Shown: one piece after another, positions 24,701 to 39,320 of the stretch
Position numbering within the stretch: position 1 is the first letter of the stretch
How the letters are laid out: each line of letters starts with the position of its first letter
Assembly (NCBI RefSeq): GCF_964213995.1
Contig: NC_135802.1
Location: 99,572,001-99,636,000 of the forward strand
Source of the DNA: Mustelus asterias
Lineage: Eukaryota
Reading direction: 5' to 3'
Length of the DNA stretch: 64,000 nucleotides
Position numbers and translations under genes: made by a program
Notes under the pieces: generated by a model
Seen by the model: the letters and a program-made list of their open reading frames with translations, nothing else
Database searches by the model: none
Told to the model about the DNA's origin: nothing

Positions 24701-27700
24701 CTGAAGACTGGTCCCGGATCTAGACAAGTAAAAATTCCCAGTTCCTTCCCTGGAGCTGATGTCATGTTAGGTGTCTTTTTATCAAAACAGAGAGAAGGAG
24801 CAGAACTTAATGCAGCCCCGAGGTGCACTCATAGGTGGGGGTGCAACTTGATCAGAAGGCCTCAACTTAACATCGCTTGTATTCACCAAGAGATGAACAT
24901 GGGAATCACCAATTAGTGTGCTTGTACAGTAAATCTGTCGGGGTTTACCAGTGCCCTACCAGGGGGTGGATGATCTTCATCCTCTGGCACTATATACAAG
25001 GGACCCAACATTAATCCTCTGCCCTCTGGACCTCCCCCTCTCCCACCAAGCTTGCCTCCCACCAAACCCATCCTGCCCACAATCACCTGTCTGGACCCCA
25101 CCAGACCCATCCTGCCCACAATCACCTGTCTGGATCCATGGCCAATCTCTCCTGCAGGCCTGAGTGCAGTATCTGCAGTGACCACAACTCCTTTTGGCAC
25201 TGCAAAGAGGCTGGCTTCTGGCCACCAGCTTTTGTGGGCAGGATTTCTTCCCTATTAGGGTCTTAATTGAGTGAGATCTGTGCTATTAAAGTAAGTGATT
25301 ACCCGGTAATTATACCAGGCTTCCTAAAGAGAAGCGACCCAATTAATTTCCACCCAAGGTCATGAACCTGAAACATTATCACAGTTTCTCACTCTGCAGG
25401 TCTGCAGAGTATTTCCAGCATTTTTTTGTTTCTCTTTCAGATTTCCACCATCCCAGTATGTTGCTTTTGTAGAAGGATATGCTTACCTTAGAGGGGTGTG
25501 CTAGGTTGATTTAGTGAGAGTATTGTCCAATAAGGAGAGATCAGGTAAAATGAGCTTGCATTCCCTTGAATCTAAAGGAATGAAGGTAACGGGGCTGAAG
25601 CCTATTGGGGACGAGAGTGATTTACTCCCAGAATGAAGATGAAGAGGATTTTTTAAAAAAGCATTTGACAAAGTACTTGGCATTGGTGTTCACTATGGAA
25701 GAGGATGCTGATAAAATACTGGTAGAAGTGGAGAATGGTAATGGATGGGCTGGATGTACTGAAAAGGCTGGCTATGCTTAACATAGATGAGTTACTTGGT
25801 CCAGGTGATTTGCATTCCAAGTTGCAATGGGGATGCAGATAGCAGAAGGGCTTGTCATTTTTCAAACTTCCCTAGATAGAGGTGATGCCAGAAGATTAGA
25901 AAGTGGCAAATGCTCAAGGAAGTGTAAGGAAATTTCTAGTAATTACATCCTGGTCAGTTTCAGTGGCAGCTAAGGTTAAGGAAACAATAATATGGGAGGA
26001 GTTAAGAAGCAATTTGAAGAGGTTTGATTTAATTAAGGAGACCGTAAAGAACAGTTGACTAATTGACTTTTTTGATGAAGTAACAGGTTGAGGGGAATGC
26101 GGTGAATTTTTAAAAAGCATTTGATGAACTATCACAAACGGTTGGTTAACAGAATTATGTTTCATGGAATAGGAGGGAGCTTTTATGGTGTAGTGTCTAG
26201 CACCCTGCTTCTGAGCCAGAAGTTCTGAGTTCAAGTCCCACTCCAGGACTTGAGGGCAAAGGAAGGTGTGTTCATAATGTGGCCAAATAGGTTGAATATT
26301 CGCTGCATGTCCTTCCAATATAATGCCACTGGCAGTCTATAGAGTGGGGCAAATTCCTGGTCAGTGTTCTGAAGGAAAAAAAATGGAGGCTTTGCAATCA
26401 CTACTCAGTTCTAAATTATAACTTGCCTGGAAAGGTATACGTTGCCACTTCAACTTGGACTCCTTAGGTGATCAGTTATCTCGGCTGGATCAATTTTTGG
26501 TACCAACAGCATGGGGTTTGATTCCCATTGTGGCTGGGGTGGATTTGGGACCTGTCTCCTTCCCATACCCATGGTGGAGAAGGGCATGGCACTGTGGGTC
26601 AGATCTGCCTTTGGCAGAGAAGAGTGAGAGGAGGGTCAGTATCAACTTGGATTAAAAATCTGTTTAAGGATGGAAAAGCAGCAAGTTGCAATAAATGGTA
26701 GCCAGTGGTAGGAACACTGCCTTTTTCTGATGTATATAAGTGACTTAATATACATTGATATCGGAGTAGGGAGTCAAATTTCAAAATTTACCATCGACGT
26801 CAAGCTTGAAGGTATGGCAAATGGTGAGAATTATGCAATCAACTGCAACAGGACATAAGCTGGCAGAATGGGCAGACAAATAAGAGATTGGACTTGGAAC
26901 AGAAAAATGTGAGGCTGTAGTGAGCAATAGAAATTGAATTTAATACCAAGAAGTGCGAGGCTGTAATGAGCATTGGAAATAATAGCTCCGGAAGAACCTG
27001 AACTGTGTAATGGTGAGCTGGTTATTGATGAGTAAGTGCCACTTGATAGCACTGTTGACAGCTCCTCCCATCACTTTACTGATGATTAAGAATGTGGGAT
27101 ATTTGGTTGGGGGCCACTTGTATTTTGTGCAGAAGTAATAATAGATCAATTTTCCACATTATTGGATAGATGCCAGTGCTGTAGCTGCAGTTTGGTGTGG
27201 GATGCAAACGCAAAATACTGTAGATGCTGAAATGAAATCAGAAAATGCTGGAAATACTCAGCAGGGCAGGCAGCATCAGGAAAAAGAAATGGGTGTTTCA
27301 AGTTAATGAGCTTTTGTCAAGTCATCCAATGGTCATCAACCTGAAATGTTAATTCTGTTTGTGTTCATCCTCAGGCATTTAGAATCGCACTCCACTTTCT
27401 CAAAATATAAGTTCCCTCCATAGCCGTCGCTTAATCTCTCCAATAATAAATCAAAGCAGAGATCCAGAATATATGGTCTATACTATGGTCGATGGTAAAT
27501 TTTGAAATATAAAAAAAAATCCTGGCCTATATATTGATTGTGTTGCAATAAGTAAAATGTAATGATAAATTAATATTCAATTATATTTTCAAAGATGGAA
27601 TGGATTTAAAATAAATTGTATTTCTATTTTACAGGAACTTAAGTTGATGTTTTATCCCACTTTTTACGACTAATTGTGAAAGACAAACAGACTTCATTTG

Positions 27701-29719
27701 CAGTTATTTTGGGTGTGAATGAATTGGAAAATACCATTTCAAAGACTGATAAAACCAGTTATAATACAACTTTAACTAAAGATTGTGGCAACATTTAGAC
27801 ATAATTTAAAAATAAATAACTCATTAACACTGTGGGTCTCTCCAGTGTCTGCAATGTGGTCTGTGATATTTATTGCAGTCCTGCTGTTCTTGTATTTGTG
27901 ATGGCAATTTGCCCATCTCTCAGATACAGCAAAGCTTCCAAAGCAAAGTATCTCAATGGGATAATATAAAAATATTGCACACTTTATTGATACTAAAAAG
28001 ATACAGGAACTCCATAGATATGCAGTCATAACTAATTACTAGACTTTAGAAAATATACTCAATGCATCTTCTGGTTCTGATGAAAGGACATTGAGCTGAA
28101 ATGTCAACTTTTTTCTGCCTGACCGGTGGAGTATTTGCAGCACTTTCTATTTTTATTTTACTTTAAAAAAACTGCATCTTAAAATCATTTTTCCACTGAA
28201 CCTCTTCTCATTTATATATGCTTTTGAATTATGAAATGTAATAAATTTAATAATTGGTGTAATGGTTTTTGTAAAGTCAAAACCATTATATCAATGGTCC
28301 TACTGATTCATTCTGATAACCAAAAGAAATTCAGAGACCACTGTTAACAGGTTCCAAGGTGAAGTCAAAACAAAGATCCAGAGTTTCTGAAAACAGTTTA
28401 TTGCTCTTATTCAGCCTCTTCCCTCTCCTCACCTACACCAAATGTTCCGGCTGGCCTCTATGTACCTAATTAAACAATGCCCTACATGTGTGTATCCTAA
28501 TATAATTAACACTACTATCAACTACATGAGTTAAATTGGGCTACATATTGCTCATTTCTTTTGTATAGTTCAGCATCTGTGTACCTGTCGAGCATTGGGG
28601 ACATAAGAGCAAAGGAAATGGCAGCTGAAGTGGACCATAAAGCTTTTTGAGCCTGCTCCACCATTCAATTTGATTAAACCTGATTTTCAACTCCACCTTG
28701 CCGGCTGTTCCCATATTGAGACCAAAGATCTATCTAACTCGGCCTTAATTATTGACAACAATGGAGCATTCACAATTTAAAAATTGAACATGCAGCAACA
28801 ATATCATGAGGTGAACAATTATTAACCAAGACTGCTATTGCTATTTTGGATGGCACCAGTTAACTGGATGTTCTGTGCTTATCATTCATCAGAACATGAC
28901 GTTTAATGTCATGAATGAATACCACACTAATGGTATTTAAAGGAATTATGCAGGAGCTGCTGGTAAATTGCTGAAATATTTTTAGTTGCTGGTTAAATTA
29001 TAGATATTTAGAAGTTTAATTAATGAATAGAGAGTAGTCTGGCTTCTCTTGCTGTTGCTGTTACATCCTTCATAATTATTCACTTTTGGACATCGGAGAC
29101 TTGGCAGGGCTACCTCTCGAAATAGAGCATTGTTATATAGAAGGCTAATGGTAACTTTGTAAATATATAGAGCAGAATCTTATTACTCTTCATGCTGGCG
29201 GGATTTTCTCATCCCGCTGCAGTGAACGGAGATTTGTCTAGCTGCCAGATTCTCTGACCTCGCTGCAGCAGGGGCGTGGCATGAATGGCCAGTAAGATCG
29301 CACCCAAAGTCTACATCATCAGTGATGTGAGCTCACGACAACAGAACATGAAGCAAGTTCTATGTTTGGCCTCATGCTGAGGCTGAATTGTATATAGTAT
29401 AATGTTCAATAAAAGGTATAGTTTAGCAGCAGCTTTGCCTCGAGCATTATCTGTAAGTCTATACCTACGCTTCCCCCACCTAAGACAATGATAATAACAG
29501 ATGGTGACAGTGAAAAAACATGATAAAAGGAGCAATAAGTGACAAGCCCAGCAACCGTTAGAAGCAGCAAGAGAAATGACTCCAGGACAAGGACAGCACA
29601 GGAAAATCTTCAACTGAATTTCTGAGAAGACAACAATAAAAAACAGGTGGAAAAATTCCCACATTTATCAGAGTGTTTCAACCAAGTGGAAGACCCAAAT
29701 CAAACCGAAAATTGGCAGA

Positions 29720-30170
29720 ACTGGCATTGCAAGTTGACCAGCTGCAGAACAGCATTGGAGCTAGCAGAAAAGATAAGCAAGGAGCAGGTCAGTATCTTAC
29801 TCTATTATAGGCAGTAGGGTGTAGATGATGTAATGGTCAGGCAGGGCATAACCAAGGACTGACGTATGAAAAGGTTGCCAAAACCTTTGATATGTATTTT
29901 AGTCATTGCTCTCTCTATAATGGTGTTTTTGCAAAGTTTAATGGGTGCACCCAAAGACCAGGAGAGAGCATAGATTCTTTTATGAATTAATTATATCAAT
30001 TAGTGGAAAATTGTGAATATAGAGCCATGCAAGATGAATTAATTTAGGATCACACTGTCGTGGGAGTCTTAGAGACATTTGGATTTTTTGCAATCAAGGG
30101 AAGATTTTACCCCATCAAAGGCTGAGCAGCTAAGAAGACAGGCAGAAGAGAGAAAGCAAAACAAAATCTT
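29720..30170 (+). pseudogene. Gypsy-type LTR retrotransposon gag relic
   Basis: LAEKISKEQVSILLY and FNGCTQRPGESIDSFMN*LYQLVENCEYRAMQDELI*DHTVVGV resemble the Gypsy gag motif FN.R.Q..GES...F...L..LA..C.YG.L.DELIRDR.VVG. Confidence 0.7.
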
Positions 30171-30739
30171 TATTCAAGGCAAAAAAAAATCTTGTGGAGG
30201 AAAGAGCTGATAAAGTCCAGTTTATAGTACATAGATTATCTCTAAATCCAGATCCATCTAAGACCCACAATAATAATAACAGAAATATGGTGGACAGGGT
30301 GCATGAGGCATCTTTTTGGCAAACCAAATGAACTAAATCAAATAAACTGAAGGGCAAAGTAAAAGGGGCGGTCCCTTAAAAAGAGGGGGAAGCATGCCCA
30401 AAGCAAAATAAACCAAAGTGGAAAGGAAACTTAAAGCATCAAATCAAAAAGTCAATAATACACCCCAGCCCCTGCGGGGCCCAACGGACATGGAAGGCCT
30501 CAATGATGCCCGTGGATTCTGTATGCTCCCTCTCCAGAGACACCCAGCCGCGAATGTAGCCACGGTAGAGGGGCAGACAGTTGGATTGGATGACCCCTTG
30601 GATTGCCCGCTGCCTGGGCCTGTTTATGGTGAGCCTGGCCAGTCCCAGGAGCAGGTTCATGAGGAGGTCCTCTGCTTTCCTTGCCCCCCCCCCCCCCCCC
30701 TCTGCACCAGGTGAGGAGCATGAAGGGAGACACCATATA

Positions 30740-31150
30740 GCAAGGAAGAGGAGCAGGAGGCCATATTAACAGCAAGTATTCAGGGAGCCCTTCTACCACA
30801 AACTTGGTGATGAGCAATGTATGAAGCACCTTTGCTATAGAGATTGTTACTAAGACATAGCTGCTGCAGTCACAAAGCAAGGGCTGCACAACACTGCCTG
30901 CAGTTTTCTAGGTTACCATTGCTCTCAAATCTCAATTAAATCAGCTACTTTCAGACTGCAGCAGGTGACATTAGCAGCATTTTACAGCTCAGGGCACTGA
31001 TGTATCAGGGAAATAACTGAAGCTCTGTATACCAGTAAAATAGTTAATCTTCCCTGTTGCCAATGAGAAACAGGAATAGTGAGTCTGAGGTTTCCTCATG
31101 CTCCAAGGTGTCATTGACTGCACGCACAAGGCCTTGTGCGCCCCCCATGT
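30740..31150 (+). pseudogene. Second, more decayed Harbinger transposase N-terminal fragment
   Basis: RRPY..VFREPF..LGDEQCMKHL, FQTAAGDISSI, CIREITEALY and MLQGVIDCTHKAL (first catalytic Asp motif), with stops and frameshifts. Confidence 0.75.
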
Positions 31151-31835
31151 GAACCCCATACCTCCTTATTTTGGTGCTCCTAAGAGGTGCTTCCCCTGGA
31201 GATGTGGGCTACCATTGAGGAGGACTTTGGGCAGCTCCAGGGTGAGATGGCCAACTTCAGACTACATCATCTTGGCTTGGGCTGTAGCAGTCTAGTAAAT
31301 CTCAGCACCCTCCCTAAAACCTTCACTTCCTTGCCAAAGTAAAGTGTTCAAATTGACCACAATACAGCAGCCTGGACTTAACAAGTATTTTATAAAAGTT
31401 TATCATAACTCCCTAGCTTTTGTGATCTATACCTCTGTTCATACAGCCGAGGGTTGCAAACAGTTTTGATGGACACCTTCAAAGATTTGTTTGTATGCAC
31501 CCAGAAACCTATATTTTTAAATCCCCTTTAAAATTGTTCCAATTTTCAAATATTGCCTATCCTCATTCTTAACAAATCATATCACCTTGCACTTACAAGA
31601 ATCTTACAGCCAGAGACTATCCAATCCATGGTACCTGTGCTGAAACTTATTCCCACAACCCAGCTTTTCTATATGTTATCTTCAAGTTCATGTCCAATTT
31701 CCTTTTGAAAATTCCTATGGAATCTGATGTCACCTCCCTTTCAGAAGGTGCATTTGAAATGTGTGTGAAACAATTATTTTCATTTCCCCTCTAAACCTTT
31801 TAAAACAATCTATAACCTCTGGCTATGTCCTTCTT

Positions 31836-31973
31836 AGTAAGAAGTCTCACAACACCAGGTTAAAGTCCAACAGGTTTATTTGGTAGCAAATACCATTAAC
31901 CTGTTGGACTTTAACCTGGTGTTGTGAGACTTCTTACTGTGCTTACCCCAGTCCAACGCCGGCATCTCCACAT
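31836..31973. mobile_element. Family A element lacking the hammerhead centre
   Basis: Same arms. Perfect 12-bp TSD TATGTCCTTCTT at 31824-31835 and 31974-31985. Confidence 0.82.
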
Positions 31974-32229
31974 TATGTCCTTCTTGCCAAAGGAAACAAT
32001 TTCTCTACTTGGTTTATCAAATTCATTTAATATTTTGAATACCTCTAGTAGGTTAACCTTTACTTACCATGCAGTGAGGAGAACAAACCCAGTTCTTACA
32101 AACTCACTACATAAAAATATCCCATCCCGGGTATCATCCTGCTAAATCTCCCCCGTACTCCTTCCAAGACCTTGCTGAGGTGTATAAAAGTTTAGCATGA
32201 CTTTTAGATTCCATGCCCCAATCTACAAA

Positions 32230-32444
32230 TGATGTGGAGATGCCAGCGTTGGACTGGGGTAAACACAGTAAGAAGTTTAACAACACCAGGTTAAAGTCCA
32301 ACAGGTTTGTTTGGTAGCAAAAGCCACACAAGCTTTCGGAGCCCCACTCACCTGAAGAAGGGGCTTGGAGCTCCGAAAGCTTGTGTGGCTTTTGCTACCA
32401 AATAAACCTGTTGGACTTTAACCTGGTGTTGTTAAACTTCTTAC
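32230..32444. mobile_element. Family A element (variant arms) with an intact hammerhead core at about 32344-32388
   Basis: CAC-CTGAAGA-A-GGGGC(TTGGA)GCTCC-GAA-AGCT-T-GTG. TSD CCCAATCTACAAA at 32217-32229 and 32444-32456. Confidence 0.82.
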
Positions 32445-35400
32445 CCAATCTACAAAGCCAAGTATCCCATATATTTGTTTAACTCCCTTATCAACTTACC
32501 TAGCCCCACACACAGATTTGTGAATATGTTCCCTCAGGTTGCCCTGCTCTTGTGCACATCCTCAAAATTGTATCATTTCGATCATACTGCCACTCCATGT
32601 TGCCTCTCCTCTCTCAAAGTGTATCGCTTTATACTGTTATCTGCATTCAATTGCATTTGCCACAAATCTGCTCATTTCACCAGCCTGACTGTCCTTTGGA
32701 CATCTGCAACCATTCTATTTACTATTTGCTATGATGGCAACTTTCGTATCATCACCACAGTTTGAAATGGAAATTATACTCCCTACTCAAGTCTAGATCA
32801 ATTCTATAAAACAAGAAAAACGATGAAGCTAATACCAACTCCTGGCAGACCCCACTGTTTCTCTCCTATTAGATAAACTTCCATCCAACGCTATCTGTCT
32901 CCTATTCCTTAGCTAATTGCATGCCCAAATTGCCATTATCTCACTAATACCATGAGCATTTATTTTCAGTTGGCAATCCTTCAGTCTTCTGCCGCTTCTT
33001 CCATAGTAAGAAGTCTCACAACACCAGATTCTTTTATAACTGAGAAGGATTGAAAGATTGTGGTTAGAGTTTCTACTGTCTTCACCCTAGGTTCCCACAG
33101 GAATTTAGGATGTATCAGGTGGAGCGACATAAAAACTTGCAGGGATGGCAAGCTATTTAACTGCCCCTTTTTATTTTTATCATATCCAATGCCACTGCTA
33201 ACTTCCCCCCCACCCCTTCCTTACTGTGACATTGGCCTGGTTTTCATCATGGGAATCAGAATAATTCCTGACTTCACACACCCATCTCTGGAGAAAGTAC
33301 TCACAAGGATGAGATTGTTATTGCCATGGGTGCATGCTACAATTTAGCCAGCCAACCTGGGAAAGAGGTCAAAGACAGCCACAGGGGCTGCCAGGTGCCA
33401 AGGCTGGCAATTCAAAAGGCATGCCTCAGTTCTGTGGGACTTCAGCTCCCTAAGTCCTCACCCCTCATAGCTCTTCACCCTACCCCCCACACATACACTC
33501 TCAATGCCCCATCCATGCTACCTATTGCCCCTATACCAAGCTACGGCACTTCCATGCCCATTAATGCTTAATGAGATTTGGCTGAGACCCCAAAAATTCA
33601 GTATTCTGATAAAATACTTGAACCCCATGGAAAACATTGTCTGGTTGACAGCTCTGGCTCTCTGATCTCCGCTGTCAATTGCACAATGTTTATTTACACA
33701 AGGTTAAGAGATTTCAAGTGTTTGCAGTTTTGGCTATTGATATGTTAAACTGTATGGATGATTGACACTTTTATTGCCTTATGATAAAGAGACATTTTTT
33801 TAAACATGGTTGAAAGTATGAATAAATAACTGCTCTATAGCTTACATTTACACATTGTATTGGCCCTGTGGTTCTGTGCACTATACAGTGGGTCAATTGG
33901 CATGGAAGTGCCATAACTTTGCATGGGGGCATGAAGGGCTCTGAGGAGAATGTGGAGGCATAGTCTGTCATAGGAAGCAAGGAAAACCTTTGGAACTTAG
34001 AATCCATGACCAAGCCTTTTGAAAGCTATGGTTCACAACACTTCTGAGGTGCCATGAACCACAACTTTGAAAAGTTGGCCTAACTCTTTGAAAATTGCTG
34101 AGATCTAGGACATGTCTATCCCTGCACTGGAACTGGCCAGCTGGGCATGCCAGCTGTGGGCTCACCACCTGAACCAGCCCGCACCCTTAAAAGGCACTCT
34201 TGAAACTTTGAACAACCAGGAATGGGGTTGGGAATCCCAGAATCAGATTCCGCCTGCCATTTTTAAACTGCTCCCTCGTCATCCCAACTTAGCAAAAATG
34301 CAGGTCATTAATTTCATTTTCTTCTTTTGTGAGGACCAATGCAAATTACTCATTCAGTGCCTCAGTCATATCTTCTGCCTCCACAAGAAGATGCCCTTTC
34401 TTCTCCCTAGCCGGCCTCAACAATTTTTAACACTCCTTTTCTTACATGTTTATAAACAATTTTTGTGTTTCCTTTTATGTTACTCATTGCTCTTTTCTCA
34501 TGCTCTCTTTTCGCTCTTCTTGCATCCTTTTTAATTTTCTCTACACTTTCGGTATTCTGCTATTTACCGACCTATCCTGTACCTGATATTTGTCATAAAT
34601 CTCCTTTTCTATTTTACTTTAATCTTATTTCCTTTGTCATTCAGGGGCCATTGGATGCCCCATCTTTTGTTCTTATGAGAACCGATCCACATTTGCCTTG
34701 AAGACTGCCTAGTGCTCATTCAATATAATTCTGGCCAATCTTTGATTCCGGTCCACTTCTCTGCATTGAATTGTATCTACCATGTGCTGCCTGATTCATC
34801 TGCCTATGCCCTCATAAATCAGTTACCAACATGTCACTGTTTACTAAAGGAACAAAGCAGAAAATTCAAATCCAAACATTCATCACTTTTGCATCATAAG
34901 TGCTCTGGCCCCAATCTTGAGGTAAGAGCAAATGAGTCTCAGATTTCACCGCAGCCTGATTAATGAAGCTGAGAATAAACACTGGGTGGGCATTTGATGT
35001 AATTGTACTTAACAGCAAAAAAAACATTCTGGATTGAGTGTTTTTTGATAGCCCATAGTGTTGCTCTGATATTATCTAATGTTCAATGGGCGGGACTTTT
35101 AACTTCTGTGGGTGTAAAATAGCTGCTATGCTGCCTGTTAAAAACCTCACCCAATATTCATAGAATCATACAAACCCTACAGTGCAGAAAGAGGCCATTG
35201 GGCCCATCGAGTCTGCACCGACCACAATCCCACCCAGGCCCTATCCCCATATCCCTACATATTTACCCGCTAATCCCTCTAACCTACACATCTCAGGACA
35301 CTAAGGGGCAATTTTAGCATGGCCAATCAACCTAACCCGCACATCTTTGGACTTTGAATATTCTTTTCAATTAGCTTCAATGGAATTGAGATTTGGGCAG

Positions 35401-35569
35401 GGTATTCAACAAACCAATCTGCTATCAATTAAAACAAGCAACCACACTCTTAAAATTAGAGCATGGCCATTTAAGAGTGAACTCAGGAAGTATTTTTGTC
35501 ATAGAATGTGTGGTGGAAATATAGAATTTTCTTCCTCAAAAGACTGGATACTGAGTCAATTGAAATTTT

Positions 35570-36500
35570 AAGACTGAGATTGGTAAGGAGGACACCAATT
35601 GCATTGGCTTTTTCCACTCCATTTTTTCCAATGGTTTCTCTCCATGGCCAACCCTGGCATTAAAGTCACTGAGAGGGATGATCTTTTCATCTTTGGGGAT
35701 GGGAGGAAGGACTTCAACAAGGATAGAGTAGAGATTTTCCTTAACATCTTAATCGGAGTCAAGAGTTGAGGCATAAGCATTGATGACAATGGTATATGGG
35801 TTGTGGCTGAGCTGTAGGTGCAACTATAAATTATAAAATTGGGAAGTTCTGGCAGTGCATCTTGTAATGTCCCATGTTAAGGGTTGTGATTTTTAATCAA
35901 AAAAGAAAATGTGTAGTTTGCACATGTAAATTCAAACTAAGAACAACATATTTATTCTAGGAGCTCTTGCCTATACAGAGTACAAACTGAAACTAAACAG
36001 CAGCCTGTAAAACATCCTAATGACATCACCATCAAATCATGTGACTGGCTCTTAATGCAATCATGCAACTACTAAAATATATAACGCATCCAAGGTCCTA
36101 TTCTGCATGGCAAAATCAACTCTGTGGACATGAGGCTCACAATCAGCCTTTCCTTTCCAATAGATGGTGAATCCCCCCGCTTCAGTTCCCCTCCTCAGGA
36201 AGGCAGGTCTCACTGTCAATTTGGAGACTTGATAGTTCATGTAATACAATTATAGTTCTTCTTTTGGATGGTCACTCTTGAGATTATCCATGAGTGCTTT
36301 AATATTCCAAGTTGCAAAATGTTTATTTCTTTGAGCATATGGATGGTAATCCCGCACGGTATAATTGCCCAGCCAGGAGAAAGTGGGACAATTTAGTTTT
36401 AGGACACCTTTTCGAGGCTGTCCCATTTGGAGTGAGCAGAGGGTATCCCGAAGTGGACTGGGATTCTGCTGGCCAAAGGCACTTCTATCCCAACATATTC
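35570..36500 (-). mobile_element. RTE-clade LINE endonuclease relic
   Basis: Minus-strand GGFTIYWKGK..PHVHRVDFA and SDFNARVG, which are APE-endonuclease motifs. Fragmented. Confidence 0.6.
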
Positions 36501-36529
36501 TTGCATCTATGATAAAAGCAAATTGCTAC

Positions 36530-36722
36530 AGCTGCTGGAATCTGAAACAAAAACAGAAAATTCTGGAAAATCTCAGCAAATCTGTCAGCATGTGTGGAGA
36601 GAGAACAGAGCTAACGTTTCAAGTATCATGAAGAGTCATCCAGACTCAAAACATTAGCTCTAATTTCTCTCTCCACAGATGCTGCCAGACCTGCTGAGAT
36701 TTCCAGCATTTTCTGTTTTGTT
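36530..36722. mobile_element. Palindromic Penelope-like element, family B, with a decayed hammerhead core
   Basis: Inverted arms AAACAGAAAATTCTGGAAAATCTCAGCA... and ...TGCTGAGATTTCCAGCATTTTCTGTTT. Central ATGAAGAGTC(ATCCA)GACTCAAAACATT. Related fragments at about 25360-25470, 27205-27365, 28075-28160, 53015-53105 and 62155-62235. Confidence 0.65.
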
Positions 36723-38329
36723 ACCTTCTTGCATCTGTTGCCTGTGTTTAGATCCTAGACTAGGGACTGCCAGGTTTACAGCCCTGTCACTATCACCAAC
36801 TCTCCATCACCCACAGGACTTGGCAAATGAATCCTGGTAAACATAGAAACTAGAAGCAGGAGTAGGCCATTTGGTCCTTCCAGCCTGCTCCGCTGGTAGA
36901 AGCCTGCCATGACTTTGTTTAATGTGGGGACATTGATATGTCAAACCTCAGTGACTGGGACCACCCCTTGGCACAACGGCCTTTACATGTTTCCTTCAGC
37001 TGTTCTGCCATTGAGAAATTTTTGGGCTACCTCCGGTCTGCCACCTCTCCCTGAACTTGACACCATGCATCGCCCTACCAGGAGCAAGGAGCTCCCAATG
37101 ACATTTCACAAGGGATCATTGAAGCGTACAAGCCTCTCCAAAACATCAATGTGGCTATCCAAGGAGAAGCTGGAACTGTAAAACCACTGAAAGTATTAAC
37201 CCGAACATTGCAACTTACAAACACATTTTGCAGGATACCACATGTATGCTTAATGAGATGACTGTAAATACCGTGATATTATTATATCATTTATCTACAT
37301 TACATTCATTGCTACATCATAACATTTTCACTGAGTTTCTCTTCCATATGTTAAGCCTGTCTCAAAAACCAACATATGGTAACTATTAATCACGATCCCA
37401 TCAGTGCATGAAACAGTAAGTCCCAAGAAATAAACCAGATTTTATTGTAACCACTTCCAATATGAAGTAAGATGAGGTAAACTGAAGTACTTTGATACAC
37501 TGAGTGACAACTATAGACATTGGGTTCTGGAAGAAGGAGGCTAGAGTGAAAAGAACTAAAAGGGAGGGTAAAAGATCCACAACAAAGGGAGGAATGGTAT
37601 TAAATAATTTCAGAAAAAACAATGGTAAATGACTAAGAAAGTAATTTTACAGATACTTACTGGCAATGGAGATTTCACCTGCTCCAGCAAGATTTTGAAA
37701 TTTAATACTTATGGGCTGTGATTTTCCAATCAATAAGCAAAACATCACGGGCACTTTGCAACTCAGCTTCTGATTTTCTCTGCCTGGCGAGCGAGGATCC
37801 ACCAGGATGTCCCAATTTTCAGAATTACTCCCTTTAAATATACTGTTGTAAGATTTAGGCAACATGAAACAAAACAAAAGAAGCATTCAACAGGAGTTGA
37901 ACATATCTGTATATCATTAATATAGCTCCCCGATCGCTGGTCAGCCCTGCGACCCCGCATCGCTGGCCGTAAGACCCCCCCCCCCCCCCCCCCGATCACT
38001 GGCCTCCCAGACGCCTCCAAGCCAGCCCCAATGTCCCCCAGGGACAGGGGGCAGCACCCCCTTACCCCCAATCTCCTGGGAAGGCCTCAATTGTCTCCCA
38101 TCACACCAGCGGAGTTGGTCACCAGCTCCCTATTAGTGGGGAGCAGTTATAAACCCCGCTGGATTGAACCACTCCTGGTGGGGGGGTGGGGGGGGGGGGA
38201 GAATCGGGGGGAGACACACGCTAGCGAGCCCGGAGACTTTATTCCTGGGACCGCTCATGATAGGGAAATGGTCATTTTAATAGTTAAATCAGCTCCATGC
38301 CATAAATCCTGGCCCCGGAGACATGTAGA

Positions 38330-39320
38330 CACCGTGGCATGCAGCGGGGAGCCCACTAAATGGCCAACATACCATTTGCCTATGTCACCGCCTTCTGTAG
38401 CTGTATGCATACTTTCAGCGACTGGTGTACGAGGACACCCAGGTACCATTGCACATTCGCCTCTCTCAATCTATAGCCATTCAAGTAATAATGTGTCTTC
38501 CTGTTTTTGCTACCTAAGTGGATAACATCACATTTATCCACATTGTACTGCATCTGCCACTCACTCAACATCACACTGGAGCATCTCTGCATTCTCCTCA
38601 CAGCTCACTCTCCCACCCAGCTTTGTGTCTTCTGCAAATTTGGAGGTATAACATTTTGATTTGATTTATTTTTGTTACATGTATTAATATACAGTGAAAA
38701 GTATTGTTTCTTGACCACTATACAGACAAATCATACCGTACATAGAGAAGGAAAGGAGAGGGTGCAAAATGTAGTGTTACAGTCATAGCTAGGATGTAGA
38801 GAAAGATCCACTTAATATGAGGTAGGTCCATTCAAAAGTCTCTTGGCACCTATAGAAGCTTTTACAGTTAGTTTTTATGTTCCCCGCAAGCTTACTCTTT
38901 GTCCTCATTTGTTGAAGTTTAAACTGCTCCCAATCCTCAGGTTTGCTGTTTTTTCTGGCCAATTCGTATGCCTCTTCCTTGGATCTAATATCCCTAATTT
39001 CCCTTCTCAGCCGTGGTTTGGCCACCTTTCCTGTTTTACTTTTGCACCAGACAGGAATGAGCAATTGTTGCAGTTCTCTCGTGTGCTCTTTGAATGTTTG
39101 CCATTGCCTATCTACCTTCATTCCTTTAAGTAATGTTCCTCAATCCATCATAGCCAACTCATGCCTCATACCATCGTAGTTTCCTTTATTTAGATTCAGA
39201 ACCCCAGCCTCAGAATCACTACCCTCCATCTTGGTGAAGACTTCAATCACATTATGATCACTCATCCCCAAAGGGCCTCGCACAATTAGATGACCAATTC
39301 TTCCCTTCTCATTACACAAT
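38330..39320 (-). mobile_element. CR1 ORF2 fragments with a Rex1 3' tail inserted (about 38655-38843)
   Basis: WQMQYNVDKC..IHLG.KN and VDRQWQTFKE..KLAGNIKTNCKSFYR. Confidence 0.8.
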
